NCBI GenBank assembly: GCA_038870455.1
Contig: JAWCPB010000016.1
Coordinates: forward strand, 1 to 25,859
Direction of reading: 5' to 3'
Source of the DNA: Candidatus Micrarchaeia archaeon
Lineage (GTDB): Archaea > Micrarchaeota > Micrarchaeia > Burarchaeales > JACRGF01
Length of the DNA stretch: 25,859 nt
A program made the translations under genes and the position numbers. Under the pieces are notes generated by a model. It saw nothing but the letters and a program-made list of their open reading frames with translations. It ran no database searches and was not told the DNA's origin. How positions within the stretch are numbered: position 1 is the stretch's first letter; every line of letters begins with the position of its first letter. This document shows, piece by piece, positions 1 through 7,573 of the stretch.

Positions 1-160
1 GAACCGCGGAGGGGCTCCGCCCCTCCCCAGTTTGAGGTTCCTCCTGACCCTCCCCTGGCGTGGGAGAGCCGAACTCTCCGCGTTTCGTGAAAATCCCCGT
101 GACCCCATTGCGCCCCAAGGGGGCTCTGGCCCCCTTAGTGCGCACAGCCAAAAACCCCGT
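1..160 (-). ncRNA. Candidate structured non-coding RNA or pre-rRNA leader, transcribed leftwards and truncated by the window edge
   Basis: Successive stems: GGAGGGGC(8-15)/GCCCCTCC(19-26); GGAGAG(63-68)/CTCTCC(74-79); TGCGC(109-113)+AAGGGGGC(117-124)/GCCCCCTT(129-136)+GCGCA(140-144). A TATA box at 185-192 would place a minus-strand start near 158-160. I recognise no RNA family. Confidence 0.3.
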
Positions 161-182
161 TGTGTATCCGTTCATGCGGCAG

Positions 183-194
183 CATTTTAAAATG
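183..194. promoter_or_regulatory. Palindromic TATA box (CATTTTAAAATG), probably bidirectional
   Basis: Perfect 12-bp palindrome containing TTTTAAAA. The TTTAAA starting at 186 is 27 bp upstream of ATG 213, and the box lies about 30 bp from the structured region on the other strand. Confidence 0.55.
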
Positions 195-212
195 AGGACG
201 AGAAAGCGGCTT

Positions 213-605
213 ATGCAGTCCGAGTTCCTGCGCGCTGGGCTGTTCGCGCTCGCGGCTTCGCTCGTGGCATTTCACGTCATGAGCAACTACGGCCCGCAGG
301 TGGCTGGCGGGTGCGTTTCGCTCGTGGGAAAGGCGCTCGAGTGCGGGCTCGCGCTCGAGCTCGCGAAATACGCGGCAGGCGCCATTGGGCTGGTCGGCCT
401 CCTGCAGGTCGTCTACGGCTTCACCGCGCGCGGGGAAAAAGTGAGGGCGGAAATCAAAGTCGAGGCTGCGCCCAAGACCCCGTGGCCTCCTCCCACGCTC
501 ATTCTTGTCGTGTGCCCGAACTGCGGGGCGAAAAACGCGCAGGGCGCGATGTTCTGCAGCGAGTGCGGCCACGGCCTGGGTAAGCCTTTAAAGCCTGCCA
601 AATGA
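213..605 (+). CDS. Membrane protein with C-terminal zinc-ribbon domain
   Basis: Two hydrophobic segments, a Pro-rich linker and CPNCGAKN..AMFCSECG (zinc_ribbon_2-like). Start moved from 60 to ATG 213, which lies at leaderless distance from the TATA box. ATG 192 is an alternative. Confidence 0.7.
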   Translation: MQSEFLRAGLFALAASLVAFHVMSNYGPQVAGGCVSLVGKALECGLALELAKYAAGAIGLVGLLQVVYGFTARGEKVRAEIKVEAAPKTPWPPPTLILVVCPNCGAKNAQGAMFCSECGHGLGKPLKPAK

Positions 606-617
606 TAATAGGCGGCG

Positions 618-1862
618 ATGAACACAAAGGCCGTTGCCGCGCTGTTGCTTCTCCTGCAGCTTGCGAGCTCGTTGTGGACTGAAAACCTCTCAGTCTATGC
701 GTACGATGCAAAGGGAAGGCCGCTTCCGGGCGCGCTCGTGGAAATCCGTTACCAGAGGGAAAAGTTTCCCGTGATAGGCGGGGCTTTTGATGGATACGTC
801 AGGGGTTACACGGGTCCGGACGGCGGGTTCGCGTACGTCATATACAACCAGGTGGCGCGCGCCCAGGATGTCGTCGGGGAGTATGTGGTGTTTGTGGGGT
901 ACGGTGAGAAATTTGCGAGCACGACAGTCAAATGCACCGCGCTCGCCCAGAGAAGATGCTCGCAGGAGCCCAGGGTGGAGATTTTCACGCTGCCGGTTTA
1001 TCAGGCGAGAGTCAGGGTGATGGACGCGAAAGGGGAGGCCGTGAGCGGGGCGAGCGTGAGGTTCGCCGAAACAGTGCTTTACACGGACAGGAACGGGGAG
1101 GCGGCAACGCCGTTCCCGGACGGGGCGTCGTACGAGGCGCTCGTGTCTTACGGGGAGTTTTCCGAAAAAACGAGCGGGAGGATATCGGGAAACGACGCGC
1201 TCGCCGAAGTCGTCCTGCCCCTGTACGATGTGCGGTTCAGGATAATCGACGACAGCGGGCTCCCGCTCGCCGCGAGAGTCAAGCTCGCCAACGAGACCAA
1301 GTACGCGGGCGCGAATGGAAGCGTCGAGTTCAGGAGAGTGGCGTTCAAGAACCCGGAGGCGCTCGTGGAGTACGCTGAGCACAGGAAAAGCATTTCGTTA
1401 AACCTGTCGCAGGACGTGTTCCAGACTGTGAGGATAGACCTCACTCCGCCAGCGCTCGGGGAGCCGGTCTTCACGAAGTCGAACGGAAACATTCTTGTGG
1501 GGGTGGAGGCCAGGGACGTTGGGGTGGCGGCCTCGGGCCTGCGGAGCCAGAAGCCGCTGCTCATAACATACTCGCCCGACAACACCACGTGGATGCAGGC
1601 CGAGATGCACGTCGTGGCAGCCGGCGTGTTTGCGGCAACGCTGCCCGCAACGCTCTACCCCAACGCTACATTCTACTACAGGATACAGGCTTTCGACAAC
1701 GAGGGGAACCACGCGGAGAAAAATGGGAGCGTGCGTAGGGTGCCGGCGCCGGCTGGCCCGAGCCTGCCCGTAGGCGGGGCGAACTACCTTTACATACTCG
1801 GCGCGATAGTAATAGCAATCGTGGTTGTGTTAATCTACAGAAAGCTCAGGGAATACTTCTGA
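618..1862 (+). CDS. Secreted, membrane-anchored surface protein with carboxypeptidase-regulatory-like (transthyretin-like) beta repeats
   Basis: N-terminal signal peptide (MNTKAVAALLLLLQLASS). Three repeats of the type V.D..G.pl.GA.V (YDAKGRPLPGALV, MDAKGEAVSGASV, IDDSGLPLAARV). C-terminal YYRIQAFDNEGN beta domain, Pro linker, TM helix and basic tail YRKLREYF. Confidence 0.75.
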   Translation: MNTKAVAALLLLLQLASSLWTENLSVYAYDAKGRPLPGALVEIRYQREKFPVIGGAFDGYVRGYTGPDGGFAYVIYNQVARAQDVVGEYVVFVGYGEKFASTTVKCTALAQRRCSQEPRVEIFTLPVYQARVRVMDAKGEAVSGASVRFAETVLYTDRNGEAATPFPDGASYEALVSYGEFSEKTSGRISGNDALAEVVLPLYDVRFRIIDDSGLPLAARVKLANETKYAGANGSVEFRRVAFKNPEALVEYAEHRKSISLNLSQDVFQTVRIDLTPPALGEPVFTKSNGNILVGVEARDVGVAASGLRSQKPLLITYSPDNTTWMQAEMHVVAAGVFAATLPATLYPNATFYYRIQAFDNEGNHAEKNGSVRRVPAPAGPSLPVGGANYLYILGAIVIAIVVVLIYRKLREYF

Positions 1863-1872
1863 GGTGATGGAC

Positions 1873-2934
1873 ATGGTGAGCGTAGGGGTGCTGGGAGGCT
1901 CGGGCTATGCCGGCGGGGAGATACTCCGCCTGCTGCTCGGCCACCCGAAAACGGAGATCGCGTGGATTACATCGAGAAAGGAAATGCCGCTCGAGCACAT
2001 TCACAAAAACCTTTTCGGAAGCGGGCTCGCCTTCGTCAAGCCAGAGGAGGCCGACAGGATAAAGGCGGATGTTGTGTTTCTCTGCACGCCCGCCACGGTG
2101 AGCATGAGCTATGCAAGGGGCTACCTCGAAAAGGGAACGAAGGTCATCGACATGAGCGCGGACTTCCGCCTGAAAGACCTCGCCACGTACGAGAAGGTGT
2201 ATAAGAAAAAGCACGCAGAGCCCGAGCTCGTCAAGGAAAGCGTTTACGGCACGACAGAGCTCAAGAAAGAAAAAATAGCCAAGTGCAGGCTGCTCGCCAA
2301 CCCTGGCTGCTACGCGATAACGACCATACTCGGGCTCGCGCCCCTCGCCGCGGGCGGGCTCATCGACCTCGAGCACATTGTGGTGGATGCGAAGAGCGGG
2401 AGCAGCGGCCACGGCGCCGAGCCGGACGTGTTCGCGCACCACAGCGAGGTCGGAAACTCCATGATTCCATACAACGTGGTAAAGCACAGGCACTCTTACG
2501 AGATAGAGCAGGAGCTCGGCGAGGTCGCGCGCAAGCCCGTGACGATACACTTCTCGTGCTATTACTCGCCCTTCGTGAGGGGCATACTCTCCTCGTGCCA
2601 TGCCTTCATCAAAGGAAAGGCGAAGGACAGGGAGGGCTACCTTGAAGTCTACAAGCGCTTTTACAAGGGAAAGCCGTTCATCCAAGTCCTTGACATGCCG
2701 AAGTACGGCGCGAGCACCGAGTACATTCCCTACCCCAGCGTTGCAAACGTGGCGGGCAGCAACTACTGCCAGATAGGCCTGGATGTGGATGACGAGAGGG
2801 GCAGAGTGGTCGTCTTCTCCGCAACCGACAACCTTGTCAAAGGGGCGGCGGGCTCTGCCGTACAAAACATGAACGTGATGTTCGGGCTCGACGAGACGAC
2901 GGGCCTCACCGCCAGGGGACTCCACCCCATCTGA
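1873..2934 (+). CDS. argC: N-acetyl-gamma-glutamyl-phosphate reductase family (ArgC/LysY)
   Basis: GGSGYAGGE NADP motif, IDMSADFRL, catalytic NPGCY, HRH and DNLVKGAAG. SD GAGGTGA at 1861-1867 favours ATG 1873; ATG 1867 is possible. Confidence 0.9.
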   Translation: MVSVGVLGGSGYAGGEILRLLLGHPKTEIAWITSRKEMPLEHIHKNLFGSGLAFVKPEEADRIKADVVFLCTPATVSMSYARGYLEKGTKVIDMSADFRLKDLATYEKVYKKKHAEPELVKESVYGTTELKKEKIAKCRLLANPGCYAITTILGLAPLAAGGLIDLEHIVVDAKSGSSGHGAEPDVFAHHSEVGNSMIPYNVVKHRHSYEIEQELGEVARKPVTIHFSCYYSPFVRGILSSCHAFIKGKAKDREGYLEVYKRFYKGKPFIQVLDMPKYGASTEYIPYPSVANVAGSNYCQIGLDVDDERGRVVVFSATDNLVKGAAGSAVQNMNVMFGLDETTGLTARGLHPI

Positions 2935-2938
2935 GGAG

Positions 2939-3700
2939 ATGACTTTGGCCCTGCGCGAGACGCTTGTGATAAAGCTCTCCGGAAAAATGGCCGCGAGAAT
3001 GGCGGAGCTCGTGCCTCAGATAAAGGAGGCGAGAAAAGGCAGGCATGTGATAGTCGTGCACGGAGGACAGGAGCAGCTCTCGGCGCTTCTCCAGAAAATG
3101 GGAAAACAGACGCGCTTTATTGAGGGCAGGAGGGTAACCGATGCCGAGACGCTGGCGCTGGCGAAGATGGCTTTCGGAAAACTCAACCTTGATTGGGTGG
3201 AAGCGCTTGAGAACGAGGGCGTGAGCGCGGTTGGGCTGGCAGGCGCGTACGGCGCGGCCATTGCGGGAAAAGCCGCGGAGGAAAGGGGCCTTGAAGGCGA
3301 TGTCATAAAAGTGGATAACGAGCTGTTCCGCGAGCTCATGGAAAAATACGTGATAGTCATCCCCCCACTCATCTATGATAAGAAGAATAAGACTATACTG
3401 AATGCCGATGCCGATGACATAGCCACGCAGGTGGCGAAGTCGCTTGGGGCAAAGCTCATGATAATCGGCGAGCTCAAGGGACTGCTGGGAAAAGATGGGC
3501 GGGTGATAGCGAGAATAACAACGCGCGAGCTGGGCAAGCTGATTGAGGAAAAAGTTGTCACGGGCGGCATGATCCCGAAAATGCGTGCATGCATCGAGGC
3601 GCGCCTGCCCAAAGTGTGGATTCTTGACGGAAGTGAGCGGGCCGTCATCCTGCGCGCGCTCGCGGGCGAAAAAATTGGCACGGTGATTGTGGGGGGATAG
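2939..3700 (+). CDS. argB: Acetylglutamate kinase family (ArgB/LysZ, amino-acid kinase fold)
   Basis: VIKLSG, VVHGG, GRRVTD, LNADAD and GGMIPK motifs; directly follows argC. Confidence 0.85.
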   Translation: MTLALRETLVIKLSGKMAARMAELVPQIKEARKGRHVIVVHGGQEQLSALLQKMGKQTRFIEGRRVTDAETLALAKMAFGKLNLDWVEALENEGVSAVGLAGAYGAAIAGKAAEERGLEGDVIKVDNELFRELMEKYVIVIPPLIYDKKNKTILNADADDIATQVAKSLGAKLMIIGELKGLLGKDGRVIARITTRELGKLIEEKVVTGGMIPKMRACIEARLPKVWILDGSERAVILRALAGEKIGTVIVGG

Positions 3701-3703
3701 CCC

Positions 3704-4804
3704 TTATGCAAGAAAGTCCTTCTTCTCTATTTTTTCCCTGATGTAGTCGCCCACGAAAGTAAGGCGGGGCCCCTGCAGCGCGTCCTGCTCGAGCTTTATT
3801 TTCTTTGAGAGAACGCGCTTGAGTTCCTCCACCCAGTCCTTATGCGCGCTTATCCACGGGTAGGTCAGCATTTCCTCGGCGCGCTTCAGGTCGACTTCTT
3901 TTGCCTTTATGGTCAGCTTCTTCAGAAACTCGTAGCTCTCGAGGTCCTTGAGCGTCACGCCGATGAACTTGGCCTCGGGCGTGGCGATGTCGTTGGCGAG
4001 GTAGGCGAGGTTCATGCTGCCACTCTTTATGGCCCAGTAGATGTACCATCCCCAGGCGTCGCAGTCGGTGCAGATGTACACGGGCAGCTTGCGGTCGGCG
4101 AGCTTGCGGATGAGCCGCCTGCAGCCGCGCGAGGCCTGTCCCTTGGGCGTGATGAGAATGCAGTTGTCCTTCTGCCAGAACTTGTCCTCGTTCAGCCTCT
4201 GCCACAGCGCGTCCTTCTCTACAACGAGCACGTAGTCCGCATCGCACTTCACAAAGTCCATTCCGTTGTCGACGTCGCTGGGAATCATGTAGCCGCTCCT
4301 CCCTTGCTTGGTGCAGTCGATGATGTTCTCCTCGCCCCCGAAGCGGTCGCGTATGACAAGCGGGCCGGCGACCACGCCCTTGCGGTCTGTCGAAAGGTTG
4401 AGGTCCTCCCTCTTCACGTTCAGCGCGACCTCCAGGTCCTCAACGAGGGGATTGCTTTCGGCCTGCTCGCTGAAAAGCTCTTCCTCAACATCCTCGCCGA
4501 GAGAGAACTTGAGCTGGTAAAACAGGCCCCTGATGGAAGTGTGCGAGTTCTCGAGAAGGAACTTCTTGCACTTGGCCGCGACAGCGACCGTCTGCATGAA
4601 CTTGCGCGCCTGCGCGACGTTGAGGAACGTGCGCGTCTCCCTCTTGTCGCCCAAGCGGATGCAGCCGAAAGACTCGTCGTAGAAGATGTTGCTCTTCGCG
4701 CGCACTTTCGTCTCGAACGTGGGGGACTTGTCGCTCTTTATCTCGGCAAGCATCTCCTTGCCGAGTCCCTCGAGCCTCTGAATTGTTTCCTTTCTTTCGA
4801 CCAT
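3704..4804 (-). CDS. top6A: DNA topoisomerase VI subunit A (Spo11 family)
   Basis: ARKFMQT, IRGLFY (catalytic Tyr), Toprim VVEKDA and DCD, KLEQDAL. Start trimmed to ATG 4804 (MVERKE), preceded by GGAGTG. Confidence 0.95.
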   Translation of the reverse strand: MVERKETIQRLEGLGKEMLAEIKSDKSPTFETKVRAKSNIFYDESFGCIRLGDKRETRTFLNVAQARKFMQTVAVAAKCKKFLLENSHTSIRGLFYQLKFSLGEDVEEELFSEQAESNPLVEDLEVALNVKREDLNLSTDRKGVVAGPLVIRDRFGGEENIIDCTKQGRSGYMIPSDVDNGMDFVKCDADYVLVVEKDALWQRLNEDKFWQKDNCILITPKGQASRGCRRLIRKLADRKLPVYICTDCDAWGWYIYWAIKSGSMNLAYLANDIATPEAKFIGVTLKDLESYEFLKKLTIKAKEVDLKRAEEMLTYPWISAHKDWVEELKRVLSKKIKLEQDALQGPRLTFVGDYIREKIEKKDFLA

Positions 4805-4808
4805 GTTC

Positions 4809-6470
4809 TCACTCCTCTTTCTTCTCGCCCTCTTCCTCCTCAATCTCCTTTTCAATATCCTCCTCTTTCTCTTCTTCCCCGCCCTTTTCCTCTTTGCCTT
4901 CCTCGACCTCGAGAGCCTTGGCGTACTTGCTCTGCACGAGCTCGACGAGCTTCTTCTCTATCTCCTCACTTTTTCCCGCGGCGGCGAGCTCGGGAAGGTC
5001 GCGCGAGAGCTGCTTGACGTAACGCATGATGGCCTTGCGCTTGGCCTCGCGGTCGCTCTCGCGGATTTTCCCAGAAAGGTACCTCTGCAGATCCCGGGCA
5101 ACCTCCATTATTCCATAGCGTATTTCGGTGATGATTTCCTCCTCGCTCGCCACCGCCTGCTTTCCCGCCCCGGTGTAGGGGACGAACACGCTCGCGATGT
5201 TCACGAAAACAGAGATGGGTGTGTTCTCGAGGTCCTTGACGTCGTACCTCTTCCAGTCGATGCTTTTCACGGCCTCGGTGATGGCGCACCCGCCTCCGTC
5301 GAAGAGGAGGGGGGCGCGGTTGGCGAAGCGCAGGATGTCGAGCCCCACCGCGCCGGCCGCGCTCGGCCTGCCCGCCTTTCCCCCGTAGGCGATGGCTGTC
5401 TCTATTACGAACGGAACTCCTCCGCGATAGACGCTGGGCCTCCTCTCCCTCACGCTCAGGAACTCGGGGTTCAGGACGTTCTTGAGCGCCTTCTCGATCT
5501 GCGCCTGGCCTATGGGACGCACGCTGTCCGTCGCCGGCGCGATCCACCTCATGCTCTGGAAAGCCTTTACAATCGCCTCGGCCTCGGCCCACCGCAGCTC
5601 GCGCGGGTTCTTGTCGAAGTTGATCTGCGGAAGGAGCGAGCGCAGCTCATCGACTTTCGCCGAGCTCATTCGCGTGAAGGTCTGGTTGAGGAAGGAGGAG
5701 AGCTTGCGCTGCTCGGCGTGACTCGCCCAGTCCATGAGGTCGTTGGTGGTTACGCCGAGGGGATGCGGCTGCACTTCCCTAGGCCTCTCCGGAACTTCCT
5801 CGACCGCGCGCGGAAAGACGAACCTGTCTCCATCCGGGTCGATAAAAGTGATCTGCGCGTGCGGGTTGGCCATGGCCGTCCTCTTAAGGTACTCGAGCGC
5901 GCTGTGCTCGCCCTTGTCGTACTTCACCTCGGCGAACTCCGCGCTCACCGAGACGCCCCTGAAGTCATCCTGGGACTCCGTGAGGTTTGAGATGTTCGGG
6001 GAATTCGTCTTGACATCCACGCTGAGGTCGCACTCGTAAACCGTTCCGCTGCCCGTGCCGCTCTTTACGTGAACGGGCTTGCCTGTCGTCATCTGGGCGA
6101 ACATCGTGCAGCCGCTCGCGCCGATTCCCTGCTGGCCCCTCTGCTGCATGTACCGGTGGAATTTCGTGCCCGAAAGCATCATGCCAAGCGCATTCCCAAT
6201 GTGCTCCTTTGGGATGCCTGGCCCATTGTCCTCGGCAGTCACGCGGATATGCTCGTCTGGAAGGACCTCAATTTTCACCGTGATGTTGGGCAGGATGCCG
6301 GCTTCCTCGCAGGCGTCGAGCGAGTTCGTGACGTATTCGTGCACGATCGTGGTGAGGCTGCGGACCTTGCCAGAGAAACCCAGCATCTGCCTGTTCTTGC
6401 GAAAGAATTCGGCCACGCTGTGCTCCTTGAATTCCTTGAAAATCTCTTCCGCGACTTTCTCTTCAGCCAT
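4809..6470 (-). CDS. top6B: DNA topoisomerase VI subunit B
   Basis: SVAEFFRKNRQMLGF, GHKL motifs HEYVTNSLDAC, EDNGPGI and RGQQGIG, QPHPLG, RFANRAPL. SD GGGTGA precedes ATG 6470. Acidic C-terminal tail. Confidence 0.95.
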   Translation of the reverse strand: MAEEKVAEEIFKEFKEHSVAEFFRKNRQMLGFSGKVRSLTTIVHEYVTNSLDACEEAGILPNITVKIEVLPDEHIRVTAEDNGPGIPKEHIGNALGMMLSGTKFHRYMQQRGQQGIGASGCTMFAQMTTGKPVHVKSGTGSGTVYECDLSVDVKTNSPNISNLTESQDDFRGVSVSAEFAEVKYDKGEHSALEYLKRTAMANPHAQITFIDPDGDRFVFPRAVEEVPERPREVQPHPLGVTTNDLMDWASHAEQRKLSSFLNQTFTRMSSAKVDELRSLLPQINFDKNPRELRWAEAEAIVKAFQSMRWIAPATDSVRPIGQAQIEKALKNVLNPEFLSVRERRPSVYRGGVPFVIETAIAYGGKAGRPSAAGAVGLDILRFANRAPLLFDGGGCAITEAVKSIDWKRYDVKDLENTPISVFVNIASVFVPYTGAGKQAVASEEEIITEIRYGIMEVARDLQRYLSGKIRESDREAKRKAIMRYVKQLSRDLPELAAAGKSEEIEKKLVELVQSKYAKALEVEEGKEEKGGEEEKEEDIEKEIEEEEGEKKEE

Positions 6471-6474
6471 TCGT

Positions 6475-7029
6475 TCACCCGCGAACATGCTCGCCAGAAG
6501 CTTCCCACAGCCTGGCGCGCTCCTCTTTGAGTCGCCTGCGCCCTTTTTCGAGAATAGACCACACGCGCGTGTGCGAAGCCCCCCTGATGAGCGCGCTCAC
6601 CGCCTCTTCGGCGAGGCTCAACTCGGCGAGGCGGCCTATGATCGCCACGGTGTTGCCGTAGATGCATAGGTCGGCCTCGCTGAGCTCCTCTATGATTCTC
6701 CTGGCCTTGCCCCCCTCGCCGATGATGCGCCCCTTTGTTCTGACGACATCCTTGTCCGAACCAAGGATGTCCTTGAGGTCGATGACCTTGAAGTAATAAT
6801 CCTCGTCAAAGAGCTTGGTCGCCTTGTCTGGAGAAAAGCCCCTGCCGATGGCGCGCACCACTTCCTTCGCCCTCCACTCGCCGTAGGAGTCCTTTCCGCG
6901 TATTTCGACCTCGCCCTCCCTGCCGACCTTGAGCCTGACGCCCCCCATTCTCTCAACCCTTCGTTTCGTCTCGCCGTTGCTTCCAACAAGCACTGCCACG
7001 CGCTCGCTTGGAATGTTGATGAGCTCCAT
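6475..7029 (-). CDS. KH-domain rRNA-processing protein (Dim2/Pno1/Krr1 family)
   Basis: IPSERVAVLVGSNG, RAIGRGFSPDKA and RTKGRIIGEGG (two KH domains). Its position upstream of top6B matches known archaeal synteny. Start trimmed to ATG 7029. Confidence 0.9.
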   Translation of the reverse strand: MELINIPSERVAVLVGSNGETKRRVERMGGVRLKVGREGEVEIRGKDSYGEWRAKEVVRAIGRGFSPDKATKLFDEDYYFKVIDLKDILGSDKDVVRTKGRIIGEGGKARRIIEELSEADLCIYGNTVAIIGRLAELSLAEEAVSALIRGASHTRVWSILEKGRRRLKEERARLWEASGEHVRG

Positions 7030-7058
7030 TTCCCTTCTCCTGCTGTCGCCCGCCCCTC

Positions 7059-7080
7059 TATCGCAGGCTAAGGATTTAAA
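7059..7080 (-). promoter_or_regulatory. TATA promoter for the KH-top6B-top6A unit
   Basis: Minus strand TTTAAATCCTTAGCCTGCGATA lies in the 112-bp intergenic gap and has the same layout as the glyS and 24972-ORF promoters. Confidence 0.55.
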
Positions 7081-7141
7081 CCCGTTCCCAAGGAGTTTTA
7101 CGACGTAAATATATGGGTGAGGAAGTATATTAAGGTTGCTT

Positions 7142-7570
7142 TCAGACATCAAGAATAACGCGTGCTGTCCACCCTGCCCTCGTCCTCTTCAGCTCGAACT
7201 TGTGCATCGTCACCGCCTTCACGTCCATGAGAAGCGCGTGCTTCTGCGGATCGAGTTTCTCGCCCCGAGCGGTTGCCTCAAGCAGCCACTTTCCCCTTTC
7301 TTCCTTTATCTTCACTTTGAAGCCGGAAAAAATAAGGCCTTTCGCGTCCTTGAGGAAAACGAGCTCGCTGAGGAAAGCGTAGAGAAGCTCGTCAAGAGAA
7401 GGCCGGCCGAGGCGGATTGTCCGGGAGACGCGGGGCTTTATCGTTTCAAGCTTGGCCATGACGCTTTCAGTGGCGGCAGCGGCTGAAGAGAAGAGTTCTG
7501 GGAGGGTTTTTCCTGACGCCTGAAAAGCCACGTCAGCAACGGTAAAGCCCTCCAGGTATTTGAAAGGCAT
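7142..7570 (-). CDS. Archease (RtcB activator)
   Basis: FKYLE..TVADVAFQASG..L.ELF at the N-terminus, DVKAVTMH, terminal ILDV; 3 nt downstream of rtcB. Confidence 0.93.
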   Translation of the reverse strand: MPFKYLEGFTVADVAFQASGKTLPELFSSAAAATESVMAKLETIKPRVSRTIRLGRPSLDELLYAFLSELVFLKDAKGLIFSGFKVKIKEERGKWLLEATARGEKLDPQKHALLMDVKAVTMHKFELKRTRAGWTARVILDV

Positions 7571-7573
7571 GGG

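Noticed and set aside
1..160. Assignment as RNase P RNA, SRP RNA or tRNA
   Set aside because: I could not find the RNase P GAGGAAxxUCC-type P4 motif, the SRP helix 8 motif or a cloverleaf in the visible part.
60..212. N-terminal extension of the first ORF from GTG 60
   Set aside because: It runs through the hairpin region and the TATA box, and the protein-like sequence begins at ATG 213.
213..605. Zn-ribbon protein as the LysW carrier for the nearby LysY/LysZ-like genes
   Set aside because: LysW is a small acidic soluble protein ending in EDWGE; this one has TM helices and ends KPLKPAK.
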